Origin: an uncultured Clostridia bacterium
GTDB taxonomy: Bacteria > Bacillota > Clostridia > Christensenellales > UBA3700
Assembly: GCA_944380395.1 (NCBI GenBank)
Contig: CALWHM010000002.1
Coordinates: 1,526 to 65,525, forward strand
Reading direction: 5' to 3'
DNA: 64,000 bases
Each line of letters starts with the position of its first letter. Position 1 is the first letter of the stretch. Positions 9,361 to 17,870 of this stretch are shown piece by piece. Both the position numbers and the translations under genes were made by a program. The notes beneath the pieces are model-generated. The model made no database searches. It worked only from the letters and a program-made list of their open reading frames with translations, and was not told the DNA's origin.

Positions 9361-9398
9361 CAAATATCCACCCGCTTGGCAGGTGGATATTTTTTTTG
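9361..9398. terminator. Bidirectional rho-independent terminator (end of the permease gene and end of the 11-gene operon)
   Basis: Stem ATATCCACC (9364-9372) / GGTGGATAT (9382-9390). T-run at 9391-9398 on the + strand and an A-rich run upstream for the minus strand. Confidence 0.7.
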
Positions 9399-9459
9399 TA
9401 CTGTTTGACTTTTGACGATTTCAAACGATTTTTTCGCGCGGTTTGGCGCGGGCTTGCCG

Positions 9460-10617
9460 TTATCTGAAATTGTTATACTCGTCCAAAAGCTCCTGCGATA
9501 TGCTGGGAGGGATCTTTTTGAACGCGGATTCAAACATATCTCGCGTGAGCGGTATGGGCGTGGTGGAGCCGCTTGCCTGCAATTTTTCCAAAGCCATACG
9601 GCACGCTTCTTCTATTATACCGCAAAGGTCCGCGGCGGAGTAATACGCCGTCTGCGTGGCTACCATACCGATCTCCGTCTTTTTATACGAAACGCCCTTG
9701 CTCATCTCCAACACGTCCTCCGTGGTGACTCCGTCCAGCTCTATGCCCGAAAGCTTGCCCTCTATTATGGCGCGCTTTGCCTCATCGTCGGGCGGAGTGA
9801 CGTGGATAAGGTGCGAAAAACGCTTATAGCGCAGATATGCCGGGTCTATCACGTCGGGGCGGTTGGTGGCGCCTATCATTATGCGCTTGCTTCCGTCCAC
9901 GCCGAAGCCGTTTATGCGCTGCAAAAGCTCCGTGGTGACCGCCGCCTTATAGTCCTTTGTGTCCTGCGTACGGCGGCTGAATATGGATTCGCATTCGTCC
10001 ACGAATAAGATGGCTCCGTCCGGGCAGGCGTCCAGCTCCTGGAATATCTGCCTTACCGCCTGCTCCGATTCGCCCACATACGATTTGAATATATCCGCGG
10101 GAGTGACGATGAACAGCGGCAGGTTCATTGCGTTTGCTATGGCTTCCGCGAACATCGTCTTACCCGTGCCGGGCGCACCGTACATCAGCATACCCAAGCC
10201 GCCTTCCAGCTTGTAGTGCTTTAATATCTCCGGGTTTTGCGCCATAAACATAAAGCTCTTGACCAGCTTTTTCACGTTGTCAAGTCCTTTGACGTCGTCA
10301 AAAGTGGTGGTGGGCACGCGGCTTTGCATAACGGAGCCGTAACTTGCCGCGCGCTCCGTCAGACGCTTGTAGTAATTTGTATACTTTTCCACTTCGTCGT
10401 CGTTGGTGCAGCGCTGCGAAAGAGTGCGGGCTATTTGCGCTGCGCGCAGATACTCCGTGCGCAGCTTCTTCTTGGTATCTTCCGAAAGCTTGTTCTTATC
10501 CTTGGCTCCGCCGTTCAGCTCCCTTATCTTATCGGTGCTGGCGTTAAATTCCGCCTGCAAGCTTTCAATGGAATCTTCCTGCTTGTCATCCTTTTTAACC
10601 TTACCTATTCCTGCCAT
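9460..10617 (-). CDS. Classic-clade AAA+ ATPase with Vps4-like architecture (helical N-terminal domain plus a single AAA domain)
   Basis: 385 aa. Walker A GAPGTGKT (10156-10179), Walker B ILFVDECESI, pore loop KSYVGESE, and second region of homology GATNRPDVIDPAYLRYKRF. About 130 aa of helical N-terminus (MIT-like by inference). GGAGAG Shine-Dalgarno. Confidence 0.8.
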   Translation of the reverse strand: MAGIGKVKKDDKQEDSIESLQAEFNASTDKIRELNGGAKDKNKLSEDTKKKLRTEYLRAAQIARTLSQRCTNDDEVEKYTNYYKRLTERAASYGSVMQSRVPTTTFDDVKGLDNVKKLVKSFMFMAQNPEILKHYKLEGGLGMLMYGAPGTGKTMFAEAIANAMNLPLFIVTPADIFKSYVGESEQAVRQIFQELDACPDGAILFVDECESIFSRRTQDTKDYKAAVTTELLQRINGFGVDGSKRIMIGATNRPDVIDPAYLRYKRFSHLIHVTPPDDEAKRAIIEGKLSGIELDGVTTEDVLEMSKGVSYKKTEIGMVATQTAYYSAADLCGIIEEACRMALEKLQASGSTTPIPLTRDMFESAFKKIPPSISQELLDEYNNFR

Positions 10618-10630
10618 TGTAACTCTCCGA

Positions 10631-11404
10631 TCAGGCTATATCGTCTATATCCTTTACGCCCTTGCTCTTAAGGTCTTTGCTGGGTCCGGAAACACCGCCG
10701 CCTACGGTACCGCCCGCGCTTGCGCCGTCCGAAGCCGCGGAATCGGGCAGCTTGCCTTCCGCGCGCATCTTTGCCATAGTTTCTTCGATGAGCTTTCTGG
10801 CGGGGCTGGGTCCCAAAGGCTCTCCGCCGTCCTTGCCCCTCTTTTCCGCGCGTTCCTGCCTCTTTTGACGTCTGCGCTTTGCCCTGCGGTTGGAAGCCTG
10901 CATACGCTCCATCGCGTCCTGCAATTCCTCGGATATCTCCTGCGCCAGCTTGGAAAAGCCCATAACTTCGTTGAACGTCATCACTATGGAATTGCGCATA
11001 TTCCTGATGGACTTTCTCATCTTCCTCTTGCGCCTGAAACGCGCCATAAAGCCCATATCCACGGAAAGCAGGTCGGACATCACTTCATCGTTGAATCTGA
11101 GCGATTCCTGAACCACGCCCATCGCCCTTTGAATGGTGCTTATGGCGACTTGCGACATAGTCACCTGCTTTATCGCTTCCTTCATTGCCAACGCCATTTC
11201 AAGGAACATGACCATCATTTCCGTCATATAGTGGTCTTCGCCGTATTCCAAAGTGCACTTGACCGCCTCTTCCGCCAGCTTGGCAACCTGATCGTCAAAC
11301 TGCTTTGTCTTGTTCTTAATGGATATCTCGGTGGCGATGCGGGAGCCTTGGTCCTGCGCTTCTTCCTCCCTGAGATTTTCCTGTTCGTCATGGAATTTTG
11401 ACAT
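10631..11404 (-). CDS. Charged all-helical protein, candidate ESCRT-III/Snf7/PspA-like subunit
   Basis: 257 aa with an AAGGAGG Shine-Dalgarno. Heptad-like helical core, a very basic stretch (RFRRKRKMRKSIRNMRN; RRAKRRRQKRQERAEKRGK), and a flexible G/S-rich tail ending in the acidic KDIDDIA. Located 13 nt upstream of the Vps4-like ATPase. The fold assignment is inference only. Confidence 0.4.
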   Translation of the reverse strand: MSKFHDEQENLREEEAQDQGSRIATEISIKNKTKQFDDQVAKLAEEAVKCTLEYGEDHYMTEMMVMFLEMALAMKEAIKQVTMSQVAISTIQRAMGVVQESLRFNDEVMSDLLSVDMGFMARFRRKRKMRKSIRNMRNSIVMTFNEVMGFSKLAQEISEELQDAMERMQASNRRAKRRRQKRQERAEKRGKDGGEPLGPSPARKLIEETMAKMRAEGKLPDSAASDGASAGGTVGGGVSGPSKDLKSKGVKDIDDIA

Positions 11405-11417
11405 TGTTTATCCTCCT

Positions 11418-14400
11418 TTATTTGGTTACGTATTTGTTTATAACTTCGGCAAGATTGTCTTTTTCTGCCTCCGCATTGTTGACCCATTCGTGCGCGAACA
11501 CCCTGTATAACTTCCAGCCGCGGTCTTTGAGAATATTGTAGTACCGCATATTGTAGTCCAGATAGTCGTAATTATTCTTTGTGGGGGTTTCGCACCATAT
11601 GCCCAGCTGCGCCGTCCTGAAGTCGGGGGAAAGCACGGCTATGGGTATCCTGACCGAACCCTTTGTCACGCCGTACCCCAGAACTATCCTTTCGCGCGCT
11701 ATACCCAGCGACTCTATATGATCCGCCACGCTTGCGATAAAGCCCTTGCCCGGATCTGCGGACAAGAACTGATCCAAGCCGTCCTTGTTGAACTGTTCCG
11801 CCTTTACAAGGTAGTCGTGGATATATGACACGTTCGCGCCCGTTATCTCATAGGCGTGTACGGAGTGCACCAGCGTTACGCTCGACTTGGCGCGCGTGAC
11901 CGCCACGTTGAATATGCACTTGCCCAGCTTGTCGCGGTTGAGCTGACCGAACGCGTTGCTCACCCTGCCTTCCGGCGTTCTGCCGTAAGTAAGGGAGAGT
12001 ATGAGGTGTGAAGTTTCCTGACCCTGCACGGTTTCTATCGTCTTGAAGAAGATGAGTTTTTCGGGCACGTCCTTAAAGTTGCTTATGGCTTTTGTCATCT
12101 TGCCGCTCAGCTCCGCGTCCCTTTCCGTAAGGCGCTTTATCTCGTCTATCTGCTTTTCGCCGAACGCCACCACGCCTACGGACTCCTTCAGCACGCCCTT
12201 GTCTTCATCGTAGTACTTCTCAAAGTGCTCCTTGAGCAGTTCCAGCACTTTTTTGGCTTCTACCTTATTCACGCCGCCGTCGCAGCTGCCGGGCACGAAT
12301 ATATCCCTGAATCCCAGCCCTTCGTCCTTGGGCTGAGGCGCGGGGAAGGTGCGCATATGCGGATAGAACAGCTCCTGAGAATAGGAGATGAGCGATTCCG
12401 TGCGGCTCCTGTAATGGCACAGCAGCTCTTCCGCGTGGAACGCCTGATTGCGCAAAGCCAGCGTGAGCGCGGAAAGTTCGGGTTCCAGCACCAGCGTTTC
12501 CGTGCCGTCCGCCTCCACCACGCGCTTTTCGTACTGCGTCACAAAGTGCTTTATGGGCGGCATCTGCCATTCGTCGCCCACTATCACGCACTGCTTGGAT
12601 CTGAACAGCACGGGCAGCAGATTTACCGGCTCCAATTGGCTTGCTTCATCCACGATGACCACGTCAAAGTCGTTATACTCTTCCGGACGGAAGAGCACGC
12701 TTGCGGTGGACGGCGTGAGTATGAAGCATTTTTTCAGTTTCAAAATGGCGCGCGGATACTTTTTGAACAGTGAGCGCAGCGTGGCTGCGGGATCGCGTTC
12801 CGCGTCCACAAAGGCAAAGTCCGGATCTTCCGGATCTATCCCCTTCATACACTTGCGCTCTATTATGGCGGTGCTTGCCTTTTGCAGTTTTTCGTCCGCC
12901 AGCGCCAGCTCGTTCAGCGCGTTTTCCACCTTTTTGCCCAAGCCGTTGCGGCGCGCGGCGCCCATTTTTCTCATCACGCCCTCCACGGCAAGTCCGTAGA
13001 AGGAATGTTCGAATATTTCGGGAATATCGCCGCTCACCCTGCCCGACTCGAACTCCTCAAAGAAGGGAGCCAGCGGCACGGGGCACAGCTTGTCGTTTAT
13101 TATCTTGCCGTAATCGAACGCGGCGGAGAGCAGATCCCTGTTCTGCGCCTCGTTTGCCAAAATATCCAGATCGCCCAAAGTGACGTAGCGCACGCGGGTA
13201 AAGTGGTTTGCAAAATACTTTTTGCCGAACGCGCGCAGCTTGCCTATAAACGACTGCAACGCCTCTTTCACCTTTATGTCCGCGCTCTGCAGTTTCAAAA
13301 GCAGGGCGTACTTTTCTTCAAGCGTGGAGTATTTGAGCGCGGGAAGCGCGAACATCCTGCGCACGGCAAGCGCGGTGCGCGCGAACAGTTCTTCACCGCC
13401 CTCTCCCGCTATTTCCAGCTTGCGGCGCGTGCTTTCCACCTCGCGTTTGAGTTCGTCAAAGGCAAGTTCCGCCTCGCACGCGCGCCTCAGATCGCGCATG
13501 GTCATAGCGGCGCAGTCCTTTTCATCCAGCTGCGCGGCTTTCACAAGCGCCTGCACGGCAGAGCCGTAACGCGCCGCGTCGCCCGCAATGCTTTCAAAGC
13601 TCACGCCCTTGTCCATCACATTCTTTACTATGAACAGACAGTTGAGGTCCGCGTCGCTTATCTGCTTGCGCAGCAGCCTGTTCAGCAGACTGACTTGCTT
13701 TTCCGAATCGTCGTTGCACTGTTTGGCAAGGCATATCTGCTGCGTGGCGTCCACTATCTCGCGGAAGGATACGTCGCTTAAAAAGCTGAGCTTGCGCATT
13801 TCTTCCACGACTTTTTTACCCTTGAAGTCGAAAGCTCCCGGCTTTTCTCCCTCCTCGGCGTAACGGGAAAGCGCCTGCCCCGCCTCGAATATCTCCGCAA
13901 AGCTGTCATTGCACGCTTCCTGCTTGAACACCTTGCCTGCGTTGAAGATGTGCTCTGCGCGCTTTGCGACGTTCTTGTCTATCTTGTCGAGAAGTTCCAG
14001 CATTCCGTTGATAAGCTCTTGCTGCATAGGCTCGCCGTTTGCGCCCAGCAGTATGCCTATATTATCGTAAAGCGTCTTTATGTCCGCAAGCTTCATATCT
14101 TCCAGCACGCCCGCGTCCATAAGGCTTTCCTGCAAAGAAGCGCGCATTGCGGCAAGGTCGTGCCCGTTCAGCATACGCTTGAAGGGCGCAAACAGCTCGT
14201 AATTGTCAAGGGCGCGCAGCATAGCCGCAAAATCCTCGTTCCTCTCCAACACCTTGGACAGCTCTTCCTTATTCATATTGGAGCGCATAAGCTCGGATAT
14301 ATCGGCGATGTAAAACTCTTTCAACGCCTCACTGCTGCACTCAAACAGCGGAGCGATCATAGGCACAAGCGCCTCGGAATCGCAAGCCAGCGCCGCGTTG

Positions 14401-15947
14401 TCTGCAAAAGCTCCGTCCAGATCCACGCCTTCGTTCACGCCGTACCACGGGCTTTTGTATATCGGATGCGCGCCCGAACGCGTGAGCGCGTTGAAGTGAG
14501 CGCCCGCCTCTTTCACCCTTGTATACAGCGCGTTGTAGTGCTGCACGCTCAACACCCGCGCAACCTCCGGTCTTATGAATTCCACCAAAGGCAAAGGGGT
14601 TTTGAGGAAGATGTTGAGCGCGTCGTAATAGTTGACGCTCACAGCCGCCTCACCCTTGAACATTTCCGAATAATACTCGCTCAAAAGGTTGATGGCGGAA
14701 GCCCTTGCCCCGTTCGCCGCCGCCTTGTCGTGCTCGTTTTTATTGTCAAAGGAGTACTCCTTGCGGCTTTGCACCAGCTTTTTGAACTGCTGGCGCACGG
14801 AAGACGGGGACATCTTGGCGGTCTGCGCCTCCGTTTCAAAGTCCATAAGCATTACGAACTTTCTGAGCGGTTCGGGCAGTTTCGCGTTCACTTCTCCCAG
14901 CGCGGACAGCTTTTGCGAAGCCAGCAACACGCGCTTTCCGCAGGATAAAAGCGCCGCTATCATATTGGCTATGGTCAGCGTTTTACCCGTGCCGGGCGGT
15001 CCCTTTATTATGAGAGATTCGCCGTTCACCACGCGCCCTATCATCTCCTCCTGCGCACTGTCATAGGGCAGGACGAAGTCGGGCACGATTTTCAGCTCCG
15101 CCTTTGCGCCCGGCGTGTTCTCCCTGAATATGCGCTTTACCAAAGGGCTTGCGTATATCTTGTCGCGGTTGCGCTTTATATCGTAATACATACATATATC
15201 GTTATGGTTGTACTGCGCTATAGCCACCACGTTCTTGTCAAAGTCGAACACGGTATCTTCGTTGCGCTTACTGCTCCTGACATATTCGGAAACGGCGGCA
15301 AAGTAATCCGCTCCCTCTCCGAGTTTTTCCAAATCCACGGGATCGTCGAAGAAAGCCCCGCCGTTGGGATGCGGGAAATTCTCCGCCACGCCCGGTTCAA
15401 ACACCTGGCGCAGTTTGTGGATAAGGCAGGGGTTGAAATACACGTCGTCGTCCACAAACTCTATGTAAACGGGCGCGGTGCTGTTGCTCCTTATCAGCCT
15501 TATGGGGAAAATGAGCAGCGGGGAAGACACCTCGCGCACGTTGCCGCGCGATACGCTCACCTTCCACCTCAACGCGCCTATGCTGAGGAACAGCGGATTG
15601 TTGCCCTTCAGATTCAGCTCCTTATAGGCGGTTTCTATGAACTTGTCCAAAGACGCGGCGTCCTTTACGTTATCCCCGGACGCCCAGTCAAAGTCGTTCA
15701 TACGCCTGCCCACCATCTGCTCGTGCTCGGCGCCGGAAACGGCGCTGCCGCGCAGCACGGTGTTGCCCGCCTTTCCGCGCCTTTCCTTTATCACGCGCAA
15801 AGTGTACGCCGCCAAATCTTCGTAGCGCTGCTGCGAAAGATAATAAGTTGCGCCGCTGTCGCCCGCATTGAGGTCTATAAGCTTGTTTTTGCCGCCCTCA
15901 TTTATATGGAGCAGTTCTTCTATAAACGGTTCGAGATATTCCTCCAT
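11418..15947 (-). CDS. DUF4011-type Upf1/DNA2-like superfamily-1 helicase with a C-terminal REase-like (MTES_1575/DUF559-like) domain
   Basis: 1509 aa. N-terminal DUF4011-like segment (NPLFLSIGALRW...SPLLIFPIRL). Helicase motifs: Walker A KGPPGTGKT, motif II VVIVDEASQ, VGDEWQMPP, HYRSR, VETVQGQE, NVAVTRAK. C-terminal segment LGIWCE...DRGWKLYRVFAHEW. Confidence 0.8.
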   Translation of the reverse strand: MEEYLEPFIEELLHINEGGKNKLIDLNAGDSGATYYLSQQRYEDLAAYTLRVIKERRGKAGNTVLRGSAVSGAEHEQMVGRRMNDFDWASGDNVKDAASLDKFIETAYKELNLKGNNPLFLSIGALRWKVSVSRGNVREVSSPLLIFPIRLIRSNSTAPVYIEFVDDDVYFNPCLIHKLRQVFEPGVAENFPHPNGGAFFDDPVDLEKLGEGADYFAAVSEYVRSSKRNEDTVFDFDKNVVAIAQYNHNDICMYYDIKRNRDKIYASPLVKRIFRENTPGAKAELKIVPDFVLPYDSAQEEMIGRVVNGESLIIKGPPGTGKTLTIANMIAALLSCGKRVLLASQKLSALGEVNAKLPEPLRKFVMLMDFETEAQTAKMSPSSVRQQFKKLVQSRKEYSFDNKNEHDKAAANGARASAINLLSEYYSEMFKGEAAVSVNYYDALNIFLKTPLPLVEFIRPEVARVLSVQHYNALYTRVKEAGAHFNALTRSGAHPIYKSPWYGVNEGVDLDGAFADNAALACDSEALVPMIAPLFECSSEALKEFYIADISELMRSNMNKEELSKVLERNEDFAAMLRALDNYELFAPFKRMLNGHDLAAMRASLQESLMDAGVLEDMKLADIKTLYDNIGILLGANGEPMQQELINGMLELLDKIDKNVAKRAEHIFNAGKVFKQEACNDSFAEIFEAGQALSRYAEEGEKPGAFDFKGKKVVEEMRKLSFLSDVSFREIVDATQQICLAKQCNDDSEKQVSLLNRLLRKQISDADLNCLFIVKNVMDKGVSFESIAGDAARYGSAVQALVKAAQLDEKDCAAMTMRDLRRACEAELAFDELKREVESTRRKLEIAGEGGEELFARTALAVRRMFALPALKYSTLEEKYALLLKLQSADIKVKEALQSFIGKLRAFGKKYFANHFTRVRYVTLGDLDILANEAQNRDLLSAAFDYGKIINDKLCPVPLAPFFEEFESGRVSGDIPEIFEHSFYGLAVEGVMRKMGAARRNGLGKKVENALNELALADEKLQKASTAIIERKCMKGIDPEDPDFAFVDAERDPAATLRSLFKKYPRAILKLKKCFILTPSTASVLFRPEEYNDFDVVIVDEASQLEPVNLLPVLFRSKQCVIVGDEWQMPPIKHFVTQYEKRVVEADGTETLVLEPELSALTLALRNQAFHAEELLCHYRSRTESLISYSQELFYPHMRTFPAPQPKDEGLGFRDIFVPGSCDGGVNKVEAKKVLELLKEHFEKYYDEDKGVLKESVGVVAFGEKQIDEIKRLTERDAELSGKMTKAISNFKDVPEKLIFFKTIETVQGQETSHLILSLTYGRTPEGRVSNAFGQLNRDKLGKCIFNVAVTRAKSSVTLVHSVHAYEITGANVSYIHDYLVKAEQFNKDGLDQFLSADPGKGFIASVADHIESLGIARERIVLGYGVTKGSVRIPIAVLSPDFRTAQLGIWCETPTKNNYDYLDYNMRYYNILKDRGWKLYRVFAHEWVNNAEAEKDNLAEVINKYVTK

Positions 15948-15962
15948 ATTCCCTCCTTTTTA

Positions 15963-17861
15963 TCAACTCAAATTCATATAACGCGCGCACTCTTTTGCAA
16001 AAGCGTTTGCGTCCGCTTCCATTATCTGCATGCGGTAGTGCCAATAATCCCCGCCTAAGATATAGTGCGCGGAATTGTAGCTCCAGCTTTCCACCCTGCC
16101 GGCGGTTATGCCCAATTCCTCCCACATCCATTGCTTCCAGCCCGTTTTTTTCGCAGTGAACTGCAATGCGTGCAAGCTCTCGTGTGCGGCTATATCCGTC
16201 ACGTGGTACAATATATCCACGCTGCTGTTTTTGAATAATATCTCCTTTCCGCCGCCGCAGCACACGCCCACGGCAAACGCGTGATCGGGGCCCAAATGGT
16301 CGAAGTTGTCATGGAACTGCACGTCGGGAACAATGCCCGTACCCAGCGCCTGCATTATGAACTTGACAGCGGTGGTTATCGCCTGCTGCTTTTCTTCCTT
16401 TTCCTTCTTCTCCCATATGCTCCGAGAGTTGTCGCAGTCAAATACGTATGCCATAAACTTTGCGCACTTTTCGGCGGTGGTGATGTCCTCGCGCATAAGC
16501 TCTTCCGCATAAGCGCGCTCCTTTTGCGGAATGCAGTCGTAATTGAAAGGTATCTTGCCGCCCAGCTTGCTCTCAACTTCGGAAAAGAAGTCGCCCCAAT
16601 CTTCGGGAATAAATCCTTCCTGCCCTTTTGCCTCTCTCAAAAAGCTGTACGCCAGCGTCTTTCTGCCCTTATCGCACAGCCAATTGAGCACGGCGCGCCA
16701 GCTTTTGCCGCGTTTATGTTCGCGCAGCGCCAAATTCACGCCCTCATACCCCATAAACGCATATTCTTCCGGCACGCTTTCGCCTTCTGCAAGCAAGCCC
16801 TCTTCTTCAAACGCTCTTTGCACGTATTCGCGCGAAGGCAGGGCTATTTTTTCAATCGCCGCCGCGCCTTTTATTGAAGAAAGCAGTTTGTTGCCGCTTT
16901 CGTCCGTGAAGAACGCGCCTCTGCCGCCCGCCGCATAAGAGCAGGCGGCGTTTATTATCTCTCTGGCGTTGCCGCCGCGATAGCTTTCCAAATCCGTCAC
17001 GATAACGGCGCCGCCCTTTACGGCGAATTGTGCGAATATGCCGTTCAGATCCGCCGCATCCTTTCCCGCGAATTTATCCGCGCGCACTTCGTATACGGCG
17101 CAGTCGCAGTTGCACACCACAGCAAGCTCCGCCTCGTCCACGTACGGAGTGTTGAGTATTATCGCGGTACGCCTTTCCCGCCATTCGCTGCGCACGGGAT
17201 AGCGGGAGTAATTCCGCCAATCGGTGGTATATCTCAGCTCGCGCACGCCGTTCACGAAAGCTTCCGCTTCCTTCTTTATTATCTCCTGTTCCAGCTTTCT
17301 TGCAAAGGCGGACACCGTCTTAAAACGGGTGATGATGGCGTCCTTTATATCGGGAAGGTTCACGCCCTTGTTCAAAAGCGGGTCGGGAATGAGCAGAGCG
17401 TTTATCTTCTGCGTTTTTTCCTCGAATATCGCCGCCACCTGCGCGCACTCCGTCTTTGAAGAGGTCATCGGCTGACCGTCCGCAGTCATCACGCGCGCCG
17501 CCTGCATGGCGGAATCGCCCACGATTTCGGATATATCCTGCACCAGCGCCGCCACGTTGTTCAGCGCGATTTCCGTATTGACGTACCCTTTTTCGTGCGA
17601 AAGCGGCGCTTTTTCCTGCGCAAAGTCCTCTATTTCCTCCATTACTTCCACGCTGTAAGAGCTGTCCAGATACTCCAGCAAAAGCCGCTTTGCCGTAATG
17701 CGCCATTTGAGGGACTGCGCGTAACGCTTGTTTTCCTCATATGCGTAAGGGTCTTTCATCACCCCGTCAAGCCTTTTTTCCTTTTCTTCCAACTTGGCGC
17801 GGTCGGTAGAGCGGTAATACACGGCTTTTGCATCGTTCAATATGTCAAGTACGCTTTCCAT
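15963..17861 (-). CDS. HExxH metallopeptidase-like protein, paralog 1 (ImmA/IrrE-like HExxH...ExxAxxFA signature at the C-terminus)
   Basis: 632 aa. HESLH at 16170-16184, followed about 50 aa later by EADANAFA. Collinear similarity to the upstream neighbour over the whole length. GGGAGGG Shine-Dalgarno. Confidence 0.55.
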   Translation of the reverse strand: MESVLDILNDAKAVYYRSTDRAKLEEKEKRLDGVMKDPYAYEENKRYAQSLKWRITAKRLLLEYLDSSYSVEVMEEIEDFAQEKAPLSHEKGYVNTEIALNNVAALVQDISEIVGDSAMQAARVMTADGQPMTSSKTECAQVAAIFEEKTQKINALLIPDPLLNKGVNLPDIKDAIITRFKTVSAFARKLEQEIIKKEAEAFVNGVRELRYTTDWRNYSRYPVRSEWRERRTAIILNTPYVDEAELAVVCNCDCAVYEVRADKFAGKDAADLNGIFAQFAVKGGAVIVTDLESYRGGNAREIINAACSYAAGGRGAFFTDESGNKLLSSIKGAAAIEKIALPSREYVQRAFEEEGLLAEGESVPEEYAFMGYEGVNLALREHKRGKSWRAVLNWLCDKGRKTLAYSFLREAKGQEGFIPEDWGDFFSEVESKLGGKIPFNYDCIPQKERAYAEELMREDITTAEKCAKFMAYVFDCDNSRSIWEKKEKEEKQQAITTAVKFIMQALGTGIVPDVQFHDNFDHLGPDHAFAVGVCCGGGKEILFKNSSVDILYHVTDIAAHESLHALQFTAKKTGWKQWMWEELGITAGRVESWSYNSAHYILGGDYWHYRMQIMEADANAFAKECARYMNLS

Positions 17862-17870
17862 ATTCCCTCC

